Assembly: GCF_020745735.1 (NCBI RefSeq)
Contig: NC_083419.1
Span: forward strand, 42,368,085 to 42,432,084
DNA length: 64,000 bases
Direction of reading: 5' to 3'
Origin: Hemiscyllium ocellatum
Taxonomy: Eukaryota
Shown: one piece after another, positions 12,187 through 23,647 of the stretch
Numbering within the stretch: position 1 is the first letter of the stretch
Layout of the letters: each line of letters opens with the position of its first letter
The notes under the pieces: model-generated
What the model saw: only the letters and a program-made list of their open reading frames with translations
Told to the model about the DNA's origin: nothing
Databases searched by the model: none
Made by a program: the position numbers and the translations under genes

Positions 12187-14141
12187 AAAGCATTATAAAT
12201 CTGTGAAATTCTCTACACCAGGCAGTTGCAAGTTCTGCACTGTTGAACATATTTAAATTTGGGATACAAAGATTTGTGTTATCTCAGTGAAAATGAAGTT
12301 GAAGTCCATAATGGTGTTAGATGGCTGAACTGGGTACAGACAGACTACTCCTGCTTCTACCTTGTGTTCTTCAGTTAATTCCTATCATAATTGCTGTCAT
12401 TAATGGCTTCAGTTAGCAAGCTCTGGAATTCCCAAAACCTCTACACCTCAGTTTCCTCCAACATGAAACTCTGTGAAGCCTATATACTTGAGCAACCTTC
12501 TGGTCATCAAAACAAATGTATCCTTATGAGGATTATCATTTTACATGATTTTACAATGGTCCTGTGAAACACCTTGGTAAGTTATGTCAAATATACAATA
12601 CAAATGTAATTTGCTGTTGTTGCCTGTCCTGAATTCAATCTTAAGATGGAATGTGCTATCACAAGGAGGAGTTGAATTGAATAGCATAGACGCATTTAAA
12701 GAAATAAACAGATAAGACTGCTTCTGTGGAGCATGATCACTGGCAAAGACCAACTGGTCCAAATCATCTGATTGTAGCTTATGTAATTCATATTGTAAAC
12801 ATGCGTTTGTTTGTTATCTCCATGCTGAAGGCTGCTTCATGACTTCACAAAGTATCAGAGCTTTATAACCATTGTGACATCAGCCATTGTTCTCATATTA
12901 TGAAGAAAATTTGTGCGCTCATCTATATAGAAAATACACTTAATATGTACATAATCTAGCTTATGGCATCACAATAACTGGCATTACTCTGGACACATGC
13001 ATGATGTAAAGCATTTGCAACAATAACTGTTATAATAAATCTTTGACTGTAGAATGGAAATACTATAAATAGAAGCATAGCATCTTTTCACAACAAATAT
13101 CTTTAGTCACCTCCAGTTTAATTTGGCATGTAAAAATTGTATATAACCAGCCCATAAAATTGTAAATGATAATCTAAAATATTCTGCAGCTGTCTACCCC
13201 TGAAATAATGTAAAAAATGAAAGTTCAATTCCTTATTTCCACTATAAGTAACTAAATCTTAAACATAAATAAAAGGGCTACAATTCACAATAGTCTCAAG
13301 AGCAGCGGAGACAGAAGATCATCAACTTGAGTTTATCATATATTGTGTTCAACTCAGCAGCAGAGTGAAAGCAATTAGGTAACAATGTCAAAAGGTGAAC
13401 AGTCAAAGCTGCAAATTTTCAAGTTCAGAAACACACCAACAAAATAGCGATTCCTCACAAGAGGTTAAGACCCAAAATTAATTTTCAGCTTTGACTATGA
13501 ATCGTACCTACACACTACTTGAAAACTGTATTATTTAAAATAACTTGTTACAAAAAGGAAATTGACATTTACAAACTATTTCCGTAAAGCACATTACAAA
13601 TAGATTCATTAAAATATCGTTTAAACTAATTTCAGAAGTTTCAAAAAAAATCTACGTAACAGCTGCAAAAGTGTTGTACAAAGGAATTTTGCTGTTAGCA
13701 AAACAAAGATAATTGAAAAGAGAGGAAGACGTCCCATCTTCAGACTTTCAGATCGTTATGTGTGATTTATGTGTTGATAATTTTTAAATAATACACGTCA
13801 AAATGCTGCAGCATTCAAGACAGATTGTTGCACTAAAAATAACGCCGTACCCTCTGATGTGTGAAAGTCACAGCATCGAACAACGAGTGGAAAAATCCAC
13901 GCATCTGGAGATTAGTAACAGATTTTGCCCAAAATGCTGTTTCCAAATTGAAACGCCTGCACAGCCAACTTTTGGCAATGCCCAATGCAAGGGCGACTTC
14001 GGTGCAGAGCAGTTAAGAGTGTGCGCCCGACACCCAGCAATTAACAGGCTGCATTCCCCCTTCAATACCCACCCTACTCCTCTCTCTGATATTCCCAATC
14101 CCAATCCCGTTCCCTCTCCCTCCCCGCCGCTCTTTCTCTAC

Positions 14142-14161
14142 CTGACACCGTAATAGGACAT
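14142..14161 (-). CDS. TULP3: Probable first coding exon of tubby-like protein 3 (MSYYGV + split codon); downstream exons not identified in this window
   Basis: ATG TCC TAT TAC GGT GTC AG|gtagag in a CpG-rich patch. The phase-2 AG| junction fits tubby-family first exons as I recall them. Position and orientation directly downstream of RHNO1 match human FOXM1-RHNO1-TULP3 synteny. The gene name rests mainly on synteny. Confidence 0.6.
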
Positions 14162-14330
14162 CTTTGGGCACCGTTGCTATGGTGCTGGCGGCCGCTCCTG
14201 TCTCCCGCTCCCGCTCCGTCACTGAACTTCCACACACTCCAGGAGCCCAGGCCCCTAGCAACGTACCCTCCAACAAAAACCATTCCCATTGGTCCTCCCG
14301 CCTCTCTCCCACCTAGACACGTCATCCCAT
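14162..14330 (-). promoter_or_regulatory. CpG-rich promoter/5' UTR with two RFX X-box-like motifs
   Basis: GTTGCTATGGTGCT (14173-14186, +) and GTTGCTAGGGGCC (14250-14262, -); X-boxes are typical of ciliary genes such as TULP3. Confidence 0.55.
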
Positions 14331-14531
14331 TCAGCCAGGGCCTTTCTAATCAAAGTCTTGTTTTCAAGCAGTTTCCTCAGTAAAAGGTAACGTAAGGTCC
14401 TTTCTGGAACAGCCAAAATCCTGGAATCATTCCCAGTTGCTCGGTAATATTTATGTAGTGCACAGACAATGTATTCGGGAGCATCCTCATGGCTTGTGAA
14501 GGCTCCCCTGTGGTGCGGACGAACCTCCAGC

Positions 14532-14556
14532 CTGCACTGCTCAACTAGATGGCCCC
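14532..14556 (+). promoter_or_regulatory. Candidate CTCF site
   Basis: CTGCACTGCTCAACTAGATGGCCCC: core resembles CCACYAGRKGGC, with an upstream CTGCA motif. Confidence 0.35.
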
Positions 14557-15479
14557 CTCCGTTTTCTAAAGTCACGAGAATACAAATCGTGCTCATGTAA
14601 CCTGCATTATGCCCATCCCGGTACGATTCTGCTGAATCTACACTTCAGCTCCTGAAAGGTCAGTACAGCTTTCCTGAGCTGATGTAGCCAAAACGAAGGA
14701 TAGTACATCACTTGACTCAGCGGTGAGAGATAGATATTATCCATTCCCACAGGAATGGTTACACTCATTTCCTAGCATGCACTTTAGGATTATTATAGGT
14801 AGTTGCCGGAACGTATGTTGAGAATAGCATATTATTTCACTCTTCAGTCAACGTAGCCAGAATTTGGCAACCTTTGAATAAGTTACTGATCCAGTCTTCC
14901 AGTTCATACAAAAAAAAGTCAAGCTTTCCTGATAAGGCTCAGAGAATTTATCAAGTACGTTGTCTCAACATACCATTTTGGGAAGTGAAGGATTCCTATT
15001 GTTTCTAGACCAGCTCCCCATTGACCACACTCCATTCTTCAAGCTACTTAAAACTTTTGATCACAACCTAATTTCAATCCAATTTGCCCATCAACTGTTG
15101 ACCTACACTCCCAAGCAAGAAGCAATGTCTCAGTGCCCGCATTGTGTTCAACCGTGTCACTTCCCCACAACCCTCTGAAATCTTTTAGAATCCAGTTCTG
15201 GTCTGCTGTATGTCCCAAAGTCTTTCACTGCAATTCTCTTAAGTATTAGTGGACTGAAGAAAGTTCTTTTGTAGTCAAGAATTTTCTATTATTTGTTGCA
15301 GGTTATTCAAACTTTTTGCAAAATCTAGACCACACAAAGACAAGTGTACAATTTAATATCACATTCCTATTTGTGTTTTTAAAAGGTGGAAATTCAGATA
15401 GTCTGTGTTAACACTAATTCAGCCCCAGTTGGGCAGTAGAACTAAAAACTAGCAAAATTGCTAAGCGAACCTGTTCAGA

Positions 15480-16760
15480 GAACAAGCAACCAGAAATTGT
15501 CTCACTAACTTGATTGGAGTTTTTTGAAGTAAGAGGATTGATGGGGTTAGAGTCATAGATGTGATCTATATGGACTTCAGTACAGCGTTCAACAAGGTTC
15601 CGCGTGGGAGACCGATTAGCCAGGTTACATCTCATGGAATACAGGAAGAACTAGCCATTTGGATACAGAACTAGCTTGAAGGTAGAAGATAGAGGGTGGT
15701 GGTGGAGGTTTGTTTTTCAGACTGGAAACCTGTGACTGGTGGTGTGTCACAAGGATCAGTGCTGGGGTCCACAGCTTTTCGTCATTTATATAAATGAATT
15801 AAATGTGAACGTAGGAGTTTAGTTAGTAAGTTTGCAGATGACACCAAAATTGGAGGTGTAGCGGACAGTGGAGGAGGTTACCTCAGAATACAATGGGATC
15901 TTGATTAGATGGACCAATGGGCCGAGGAGTGGCAGATGGAGTTTAATTTAGATAAATGTGAGTTGTTGCATTTTGGAAAGGCAAATCTGGGCAGGACTTA
16001 TTCAAATCATGATAAGGAACAGATTGCTGAACAAAGAGACTTTGGAGTGCAGGTTCATAGTTCCTTGAAAGTGGAATCACAGGTAAATATGATAGTGAAG
16101 AAGGCATTTAGTAAGTTTTCTTTTATTGGTCAGAGCATGGAGTATAGGAGTTGGGAGGTCATATTATGGCTGGAGAGGACATTGGTTTGGCCACTTTTGG
16201 AATATTGTATGCAATTGTGGTCTCCCTCCAAAAGAGAAAGATGTGAAACATGAAGGGTTCAGAAAAGATTTATGAGGATGTTGCCAGGATTGGAGGAGTT
16301 GAGCTTTAGGGAAGTGGCTGGGGCTGTTTTCACTGAGTGTCAAAGGCTAAGGGGTGATTTTACAGAGGTTTATAAAATCATGAGAGGCATGATAGGGTAA
16401 ATAGAGAAGGTCATTTCTCTGGGGTGAGGGGAGGGTTGGGGGAAGGGGAGAGGAGGTGGGGTCCAGAACCAGAGGGCATAGATTAGGATGAGAGGGCGAA
16501 GATTCAAAACAGACCTTAGGGGCAAAGTTTTTCACACAGAGGGTGGTGTGTGTAAGGAATGAGCTGCTAGAGGAATTGGCGGAGACTAGTCCAACAACAA
16601 CATTTAAAAGACATCTAGATGGGTACATGAATAGGAAGAATTGAGAGGGATATGGGCCAAGTGCTGGCAAATGGGACGAGATTAATTTGATATAACAGAT
16701 TAGCATGGACGAATTTTACCAAACGGTCTGTTTCTGTACTATACATCTCTATGACTCTAA
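15480..16760 (+). mobile_element. CR1 LINE, 5'-truncated, degenerate RT region to 3' end
   Basis: KFADDTKIGG, WAEEWQMEFNLDKCE, PLLEYC motifs and the CR1 3' UTR. Confidence 0.9.
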
Positions 16761-17319
16761 ATCTTTGTGCATATAGGGAGGAGTGATCTAGGTTAAAGGT
16801 CAGAGACTGTGGCCTCAGATCAGAAATGCTGGATAAACAAAGGTTTGTCAGGATATTTGGAGATAATAATAAAAAGTCTAAAACATCGTTAAAAATACAG
16901 GATAAGCTTGCAAAGATGGTCAGTTGTTATATTCATCCACCTATCCCCAAAGGGCTTTTAGAAAAAAACAAAAATTACATTAAAAATGTAGTTAATCCTC
17001 TTCTTTACACTTGTTTTTCTTGTAATTTTACATCTTATTGCTGTTGAGCAGAGGAAAATATGGAGGGATCATGTAGAGGAACTTATTTTCCATATATTCC
17101 CAGCTCACAGTTACCAGGCAATGCTGATGTTAAACATTAGTAAGTTATTTCCATTTCTTAAATTAGCCACTCCTCAACTTAATTCAAATTGTTATTTTTT
17201 TTGTTAAAAAACAGGTTTATAGGTCATTTTATGCTATGACCTAAAATCAAAAATGAACTCCTTTGAATTCAAACAAATCTATGAGATAGAATTCTTATAG
17301 TTTGCTGACAATATTGACT

Positions 17320-17325
17320 TTTATT
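17320..17325 (-). terminator. Candidate RHNO1 polyadenylation signal (AATAAA)
   Basis: TTTATT on + strand about 440 nt downstream of the RHNO1 stop, followed by U-rich sequence on the minus strand. Confidence 0.4.
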
Positions 17326-17766
17326 CTAAAAATGTGGAACAAAAGCAAAAAAATGTTTTAATTGTATAGCGGGTGATCACTTGAAACACATTACTAATAA
17401 AAGGTATACAGGATAGTTGTTGTGGGCATGAGCGAATTACAATTCGTTCCGACAAAATCACATCCGATTCTATATTCCATTCAGATATTGAAATGGAGTC
17501 TGGACCCACTGTTGCACTGACATGGGAAATGCCACAGTTGAAAATCAAGATTTTATATTTTGAACCCAGTACGTGTGAAAGAATTCCAAATCTGTGAGCT
17601 GTATTGCCATGTTGACAGGTCAAAGGATAATGCTCATGTAGCTTCAGTCAATTTCCCAGATATTCTTAATAAGTGGTAAATAGTAACTAAAATTATGTGA
17701 CAATACCATTTAAACTGAAAGGCTTATTACTATTTGCTTTTGTTTTGAAAATGGTCAAGTATCCTA

Positions 17767-18645
17767 TTATTTACCAACAAGCACATCACTACTGGTTAAT
17801 TTTCCACGATCTTTCAGATACTGCATGATGTCTGGCCGTCTTCGCCAGATTGCTTTGAGTCCATATTCATGCTCTGGAGTGTCCTGCACCCAAACTTCAG
17901 GAGTTAGGCATGCTTCAGAAAAATTATTCAGTCCATAACTTGTATCCAAGCAGTCCTCTGGTCTGCTTTGGAAAGAGATTCTAGTGGGTACGTCTGGTGT
18001 TCTGTCCCTTACTCTACTAATATGTCTTCTCAAGCTACACGCTGGAAGTAAGCTATCAATTGTGGGAGTGCTAACGTGTGGTAGAATGAAATCCTCATCA
18101 GAAAGGGAGACCTCCTTACCAACAGACTCTGCACAATTTTGATGGTTTACACAATACAATGGAGAACTGAAACTGGAGCATTTCATAGAACTGTGTGGTA
18201 TATTCCTTATTGAACTTGTGACAAAGTTCATTTTGCCAAACAAGCCCTTTGCCACAGATCCTTGATGGTTACACTTGAACTTCTGACCCAAGATATCTAT
18301 ATTTTGAACTTTTCCAAAGGGACTGTCATCTTTGAATGCTTGGTGAGTGATGCCCATAAGTAAAGTTTTATTTGTTGGTAGTTGAGCTTGACCAAGAGTT
18401 TCAACTTTCTGACTGGGGCCAGAATGAAACTTGTGGTTCTCCTTCTGAACAGGCAACTCATCACAGCCCAGAAAGGTCAAAGGGACAAAGTTATTGCACA
18501 GTTTTCTCTCGGCTACTGCTTTTAGTGTAGTATTCTGCTTTTTTCTGTAATTATGTCGTGTTGTGCGATCAGATTTGTTACATTTGTGTTGTTCTCGTGA
18601 TGGCCCTTCAACTGTTGTGTCCAAAAATTCAAACTGTGGCAATAC
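17767..18645 (-). CDS. RHNO1: RHINO (RAD9-HUS1-RAD1 interacting nuclear orphan 1), last coding exon (292 aa + stop)
   Basis: Acceptor ttttcttttccag|GTA; begins VLPQF, completing the TW-V-x-P-x-F 9-1-1-binding motif; ends VWVQDTPEHEYGLKAIWRRRPDIMQYLKDRGKL, matching the conserved RHINO C-terminus (DTP...WRRR...YL.ERGKL). Confidence 0.93.
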   Translation of the reverse strand, partial: VLPQFEFLDTTVEGPSREQHKCNKSDRTTRHNYRKKQNTTLKAVAERKLCNNFVPLTFLGCDELPVQKENHKFHSGPSQKVETLGQAQLPTNKTLLMGITHQAFKDDSPFGKVQNIDILGQKFKCNHQGSVAKGLFGKMNFVTSSIRNIPHSSMKCSSFSSPLYCVNHQNCAESVGKEVSLSDEDFILPHVSTPTIDSLLPACSLRRHISRVRDRTPDVPTRISFQSRPEDCLDTSYGLNNFSEACLTPEVWVQDTPEHEYGLKAIWRRRPDIMQYLKDRGKLTSSDVLVGK

Positions 18646-18658
18646 CTGGAAAAGAAAA

Positions 18659-19850
18659 GGGAGACTAATTAGCAAGATTAGATGTCATGAAATACAGGAA
18701 GAGCTAGTCATTTGGATACAGAAGGAGGTAGAGGGTGGTGTGGAGAGTAGTTTTCCATACTGGAGGCCAGTGGAGTACCACAAGGATCAGTACTTTGTCA
18801 TTTATATAAATTATTTGGATATAAAATGAGGTATAGGTGGTAAGTTTGTAGATGATACCAAAATTGGAGGGGTCGTGGACAGCAAAGGAGATTACCTCAG
18901 ATTACAATGAGATCTTAATCAGATGGGCCAATGGGCTGAGGAGTGGCAGATAGATAAGTGCGAGGTGCTGCATTTTCACAAAGCAAATCTTAGCAGGACT
19001 TATACACTTAATGGTCAGGTCCTAGGGAGTGTTGCTGAACAAAGAGACCTTGGAGTGCAGGTTCATAGCTCCTTGAAAGTGGAGTCACAGGTAGATAGGA
19101 TAGTAAAGGTGGTGTTTGGTATGCTTTCCTTTATTGGTCAGAGTATGGAGTACAGGAGTTGGGAGGTCATGTTGAAGCTGTATAGGACATTGGTTAGGCC
19201 ACTGTTGGAATATGGTATGTAATTCTGGTCTCCTTCCTATCAGAAAGATGATGTTGTGAGACAGGAAAAGGTTCAGAAAAGATTTACAAGGATGTTACAT
19301 TTGTGTTGTTCTCGTGTTGGTCCTTCAACTGTGGTGTCCAAAAATTCAAACTATGGCAACACCTGGAAAAGAAATGGTTCCCTGTGGCAGACAAGGATGT
19401 TGGAGGATTTGGGCTATTGGGAGAGGCTGAATAGGCTGGGGCTGTTTTCCCTGGAGCGAAGGCTGAGGGGTGACCTTCAAGGTTCATAAAATCATGATAA
19501 GCATGGATAGGATAAATAGGCAAAGTATTTTCCCTGAGGTGGAGGAAGGCCAGAATCAAAGGGCATAAGTTTAGGGAGAGAGGGGAAAAAAGATAGAAAA
19601 GGGACCTAAGAGGTAACTTTGTCACACAGAGGGTCATATGTGTATGGAATGAGCTGCCAGAGGAAGTGGTGGAGGCTGGTACAATTACAACATTTAAAAA
19701 GGATGTGTATGTGTATATGAACAGGAAGGACTTTGAGGGAGGTGAACCAAGTGCTGACAAATGGGACTAGATTAGGTTGGGGTCTCTGGCCAGCATGGAT
19801 GAGTTGGATGGAAGGATCTGTTTCCATGCTGTACATCTATAATTCTATGC
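18659..19850 (+). mobile_element. CR1 LINE in the RHNO1 intron, abutting the acceptor polypyrimidine tract
   Basis: KFVDDTKIGG, WAEEWQ, RPLLEY, ERLNRLGLFSLE and the CR1 3' UTR; contains a non-CR1 insert at about 19293-19390. Confidence 0.9.
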
Positions 19851-19869
19851 ATGACCATCCTCCATCTTA

Positions 19870-20140
19870 AAACACTTTGCAGCCAAGAAAGTGCTTTTGA
19901 AATGTAGTTATTGTTGTAGGATATACAAGAGATAATTTATGTGCAGCAAGCTCCCACAATGTGCTAATGTATGGACAATCCATCTTTGTAGCACAATTGT
20001 AGCATAATCGTTAATTATTGGCTGGGACACTAGGAATAACTTTAGTGGGTTTTTTGTCAATAATCCCACACAATCTTATACATGCACCCAAGGCAGCAGC
20101 CCCCTAGCAGTGCACCAGAGTGCCTTGATTTTGCAACCTA
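19870..20140 (-). mobile_element. DeuSINE (SacSINE1/AmnSINE1-like) remnant
   Basis: ctttgcagccaagaaagtgcttttgaaatgtag...cagcaagctcccaca...attggctgggacac resembles the reverse complement of the Deu domain. Confidence 0.5.
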
Positions 20141-20605
20141 CATTTTGTGCAGAGGAAAGAAACATGGATAACATTATATGTCACAATATTTTAGGACTAT
20201 TATCTTATCTTAATAAGAATTAAGAAAAGTTACGTTTTCAAAGAGAATAAACCTGGAATGATTATTCAAACTCTATCACAGTTAAATCATCCAATATGCT
20301 TACTTGTGGAACACTGATTTTAAAAGGAATAGGGTAGAACTTAGTTACATTTGTAATTAATTTACAATTTTTGTCCATTAAGTATCAGTTTGGGACAGCT
20401 GGTTTCTGCATAGCAATATTTGACAATATGGATCGGAACACAATTACCCAAAAACACTGACAAGCTGTAGGCTTGTGACTATCAATGTGACAATCCAAGC
20501 CTATATTGTAAAGGCACTTAAGGTGCAGAGGGGATCAGACTGTGCTGTCATCAAAACTGGTAGTGTATTCTTAAATTTAAAAAATGTATTAGAAAAAAAA
20601 CATAC

Positions 20606-20770
20606 CCAAGTGAAGGAAGATTTCTGGTCAATTGGTACACAGGATACATGACGTGGATTTACTGCAGATTGAAGAGGCACTACTTGTATGACCTTTTCTC
20701 CTTTTTGTGGACTCTCCAAAAACTGCAGAGTGGGCTTCTTGGATTGGCTAGGCTTCTTCTTGCGGGGCAT
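20606..20770 (-). CDS. RHNO1: RHINO first coding exon (55 aa, MPRKKK...SSFTW)
   Basis: MPRKKKPSQSKKPTLQFLESP...PIDQKSSFTW resembles the human RHINO N-terminus (MPPRKK...PID..TITSW); donor TGG|gtatgt, phase 0; exon acceptor ttccaag| just upstream of 20790. Confidence 0.92.
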
Positions 20771-23102
20771 CAAGCATCCTACATCTTAGCCTTGGAATTA
20801 ATTAGAATAGATATTTTTTAAAAAAATTAAACTAGTCTTTCTGCAATAGTTCAGTGGACAAATGTGTGAAAAACACGCAAGGTCAAGTGGATACCTAGTC
20901 TTTGCTGAATTAGAAAACTTCAACTAAGTTAATACAGTTTTTGCCATGAATAGCTGTGTCAGATACATTTATATTTGCTGGTAAACATAGAACATTGTTG
21001 ACCATCTTATAGCAAGGAGCAAAAATAGTTTTTAAAAAATTAAATGTTCTTTGCCACAAATTGTCTTTTAAAAAAAAAAAGAGGTGATAGTAGAATAACT
21101 ACCTCCAGCCTGCCAAATTATATCCAACATCAGGGGAAAAAAATAAATTGTGTTTTTCATTTTTGGTCAGATTCAAACAATAAAAATAAACGTTTGAGTT
21201 CATGGCACCATATTCCATTCAATCATATCCCTCCCTGTATGAGCAGAGAAGCAGTACTATTGCAGTTCACACATGTTTCTTTTGTTAATTTTATCAAGTT
21301 TAATTATATGAAGATGATAGATTTTCATTGGTAATTATTTGTGTCCTACAAACAGGTTGTTGAGGCTAATGCACAAGGGCTAAAGAAATACTTATGAAAC
21401 ATGTAAAGATTAGTTCCACTTCTATCCTTCATGAACTATCTTTGAGAAGAGGTATTGCTGTTAATCCTGCATTATATAGAGTTGAAAAGAACAGTTTTAG
21501 GCTATCTGAGGAAGGGGAGTGGCTAATTGGGCATGGTGCCCAGGGAGAAGATCTGGCGACTCAGAGTGCTCCTCTCCTTGCACTTGCAGAGTCATCATTA
21601 TCATGCACCTCAAATACAGCAATCTGCTTATGTAAACACTGACAATTTATATTTTTTTAAAAAATACAGGTTACAATATCTTTGGCAAGGGCATCTCTTA
21701 GCACTGTGCTAGCCCACGTGATCCATTCTGACCTCTTCTACTTACTCCCAGATTAGATAGTTGTTTTGTTAATTTCATGCAATAGTAGCACAAAAATAAA
21801 TCCTAAACAGAGTATGCCTTGGTGCAGAAAATAAGTAATTTCTTTGGCTACTTCTAAAATTTAAGTTATAATACTGAACATTGTATTCAGCAGCTAAAAG
21901 GGAGAAACTGAGCCATATTTGTATTTGGTTTGCTAGGAAAATGTTGATCTGTAATTGCCAAGAGGTTTCAATCTGGAGGGGTACAAAATTGACAAAACAA
22001 GATGGATTTAAAGGGAACAATCTGAAGAGATTTGCCAGAATACAGTGGTGCTACTGTGTTCTGGATGTTTAAGTTCTTACGAGCACATTCCTCTTCCCCA
22101 GTATTACTATAAATTTGATGTAAAATACATTAATTGTTTAAAAGATAGTAAATACCATTACTAAATATTTCCAGGAACAATTATTTGTCTGAACAATGTC
22201 AGCTTGTTGTTATTTAAACAAGTAAACTGTTATTTAAATATCTTTTAGTATGGGTGTTCACAACAACTCCAATTACTGGTTGCAACACTGGTACCCTCAC
22301 TTTTTGATATTCTAAAACAAAAACACTCTTCAGTGTCTCAAATTCTGAAATTTAACACTGATCCATTGCAATAAAATCAACTTTAAGCTGTGAAGCAGCA
22401 TGTCCTTTTACCAATCATTCAGAAAACCCCATATTTTAAAATAAAAGCACGAGTTAAGCTTGTCAGATGGTGCAATACTTACCTCCTGGGTGTACCAAAC
22501 AGTTTGAGTACGTAGTTTCATGTTCTTTTGTATTTGCTTCGATGGTGTTACACTGTAATATTCCCCACCGTGTTAATAATAACTCCGTTGTCCTTTCTAG
22601 TTGTGCTATTCCAAAAAGGGGACAAGCATGGCATATGCATTACTTTACAAACTTTATGCATAATCAGACTTGGTCCTGTTTAAAACATGTTGAATAGACT
22701 TATGCATTAAAGATAATTTCAGACGCATTCAAGGAAACAAGTGGAAGGAGAAAAGATTAGGAAGACGAGATAAAGTAAAACGAGATAGTACTATTAAACA
22801 ACAAGAGCTATTTTAGAAGGATCAGTTGTTTCTGTGCTTAAAATCCTATATTTGATAAAACCATGTTACCAACCTCTACGCTTCCTGTGTCGGAGGCAGT
22901 GTTGACCGACATTTCAAACCAAGCTGTGTCTACCCACTCTTTTTTTTGTTCCATGCATACAACATTGTCGCTATCCTAACCGCACTATATTAAGATTTAG
23001 ACCTCGTTAAATAACTACAAAACGCTGTCTCGCCATTTCCTTAAAAAAAGACCCAGGCCTATGACTCCACTAACCACTTGACTGTTTCTATCCAGCCCAT
23101 AC

Positions 23103-23160
23103 CTGCTGCTCCGATAACGAATCTTAATGACTCTTTCCAACTTCATCCGTCCCGCTTTTA
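23103..23160 (-). other. RHNO1: Probable non-coding first exon of RHNO1 (5' end approximate)
   Basis: Minus-strand donor CAG|gtatgg (exon ends at 23103) directly beside the shared promoter; another strong donor AG|gtaagt at about 22482 may mark a further UTR exon. Confidence 0.5.
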
Positions 23161-23450
23161 CATTCCCCACCCTCTGGTGTAGCTTCACCCTTCCTATTGG
23201 GTGAGGGACACAGCTACCCTGCTCCTATTGGTTGTCTGGCGTCAAACGGTAACGCATCACCGTTGCCTCTGATTGGCACATTCGCGTTCTAAAAAACTTG
23301 CCAACCAGGCGCGTTAAGCTCGCTGATTGGACGCCCCCGTACCACCTGGTCTCAACGGAATGATTCGATTGGTTCATGTTGACAGAACGCTGGAAATTCA
23401 AAAAGATCCAACTGGCTCCAAACTGTAACAAAAAATTCAGCAGATTCTGG
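23150..23450. promoter_or_regulatory. FOXM1/RHNO1 bidirectional cell-cycle promoter: five CCAAT (ATTGG) boxes, inverse CHR, E2F/CDE-like GC elements
   Basis: ATTGG at 23196, 23227, 23272, 23326 and 23368; TTCAAA (reverse CHR TTTGAA) at 23397-23402; TCCCGC/TTCGCG/GGCGCG elements; high CpG density; no TATA box evident. Confidence 0.85.
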
Positions 23451-23647
23451 AGCCGGAGCTCGGACACGGAGGCTGCAAAATCCAGGCCGAGGCCAGAGAA
23501 TCGCTGCCTTTATCCAAACCAGCAACAGGCGGAGGGACAGACGCCTTGATAGACCATATCGGACTCTAGCAGACTCCGAGGGAGGTTGGGGTATTGTGAC
23601 CGGGGCGAGGCAGCTGGATCCGCCGTGCGGATCTCAGTAATATGCCG
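23440..23647 (+). other. FOXM1: FOXM1 exon 1 (5' UTR; start approximate)
   Basis: GC-rich stretch after the promoter ending in the consensus donor CCG|GTGAGT at 23648. Confidence 0.7.

Noticed and set aside
13803-14596. Cluster of overlapping 70-116 aa ORFs
   Set aside because: A by-product of GC-rich promoter sequence; no recognisable protein.
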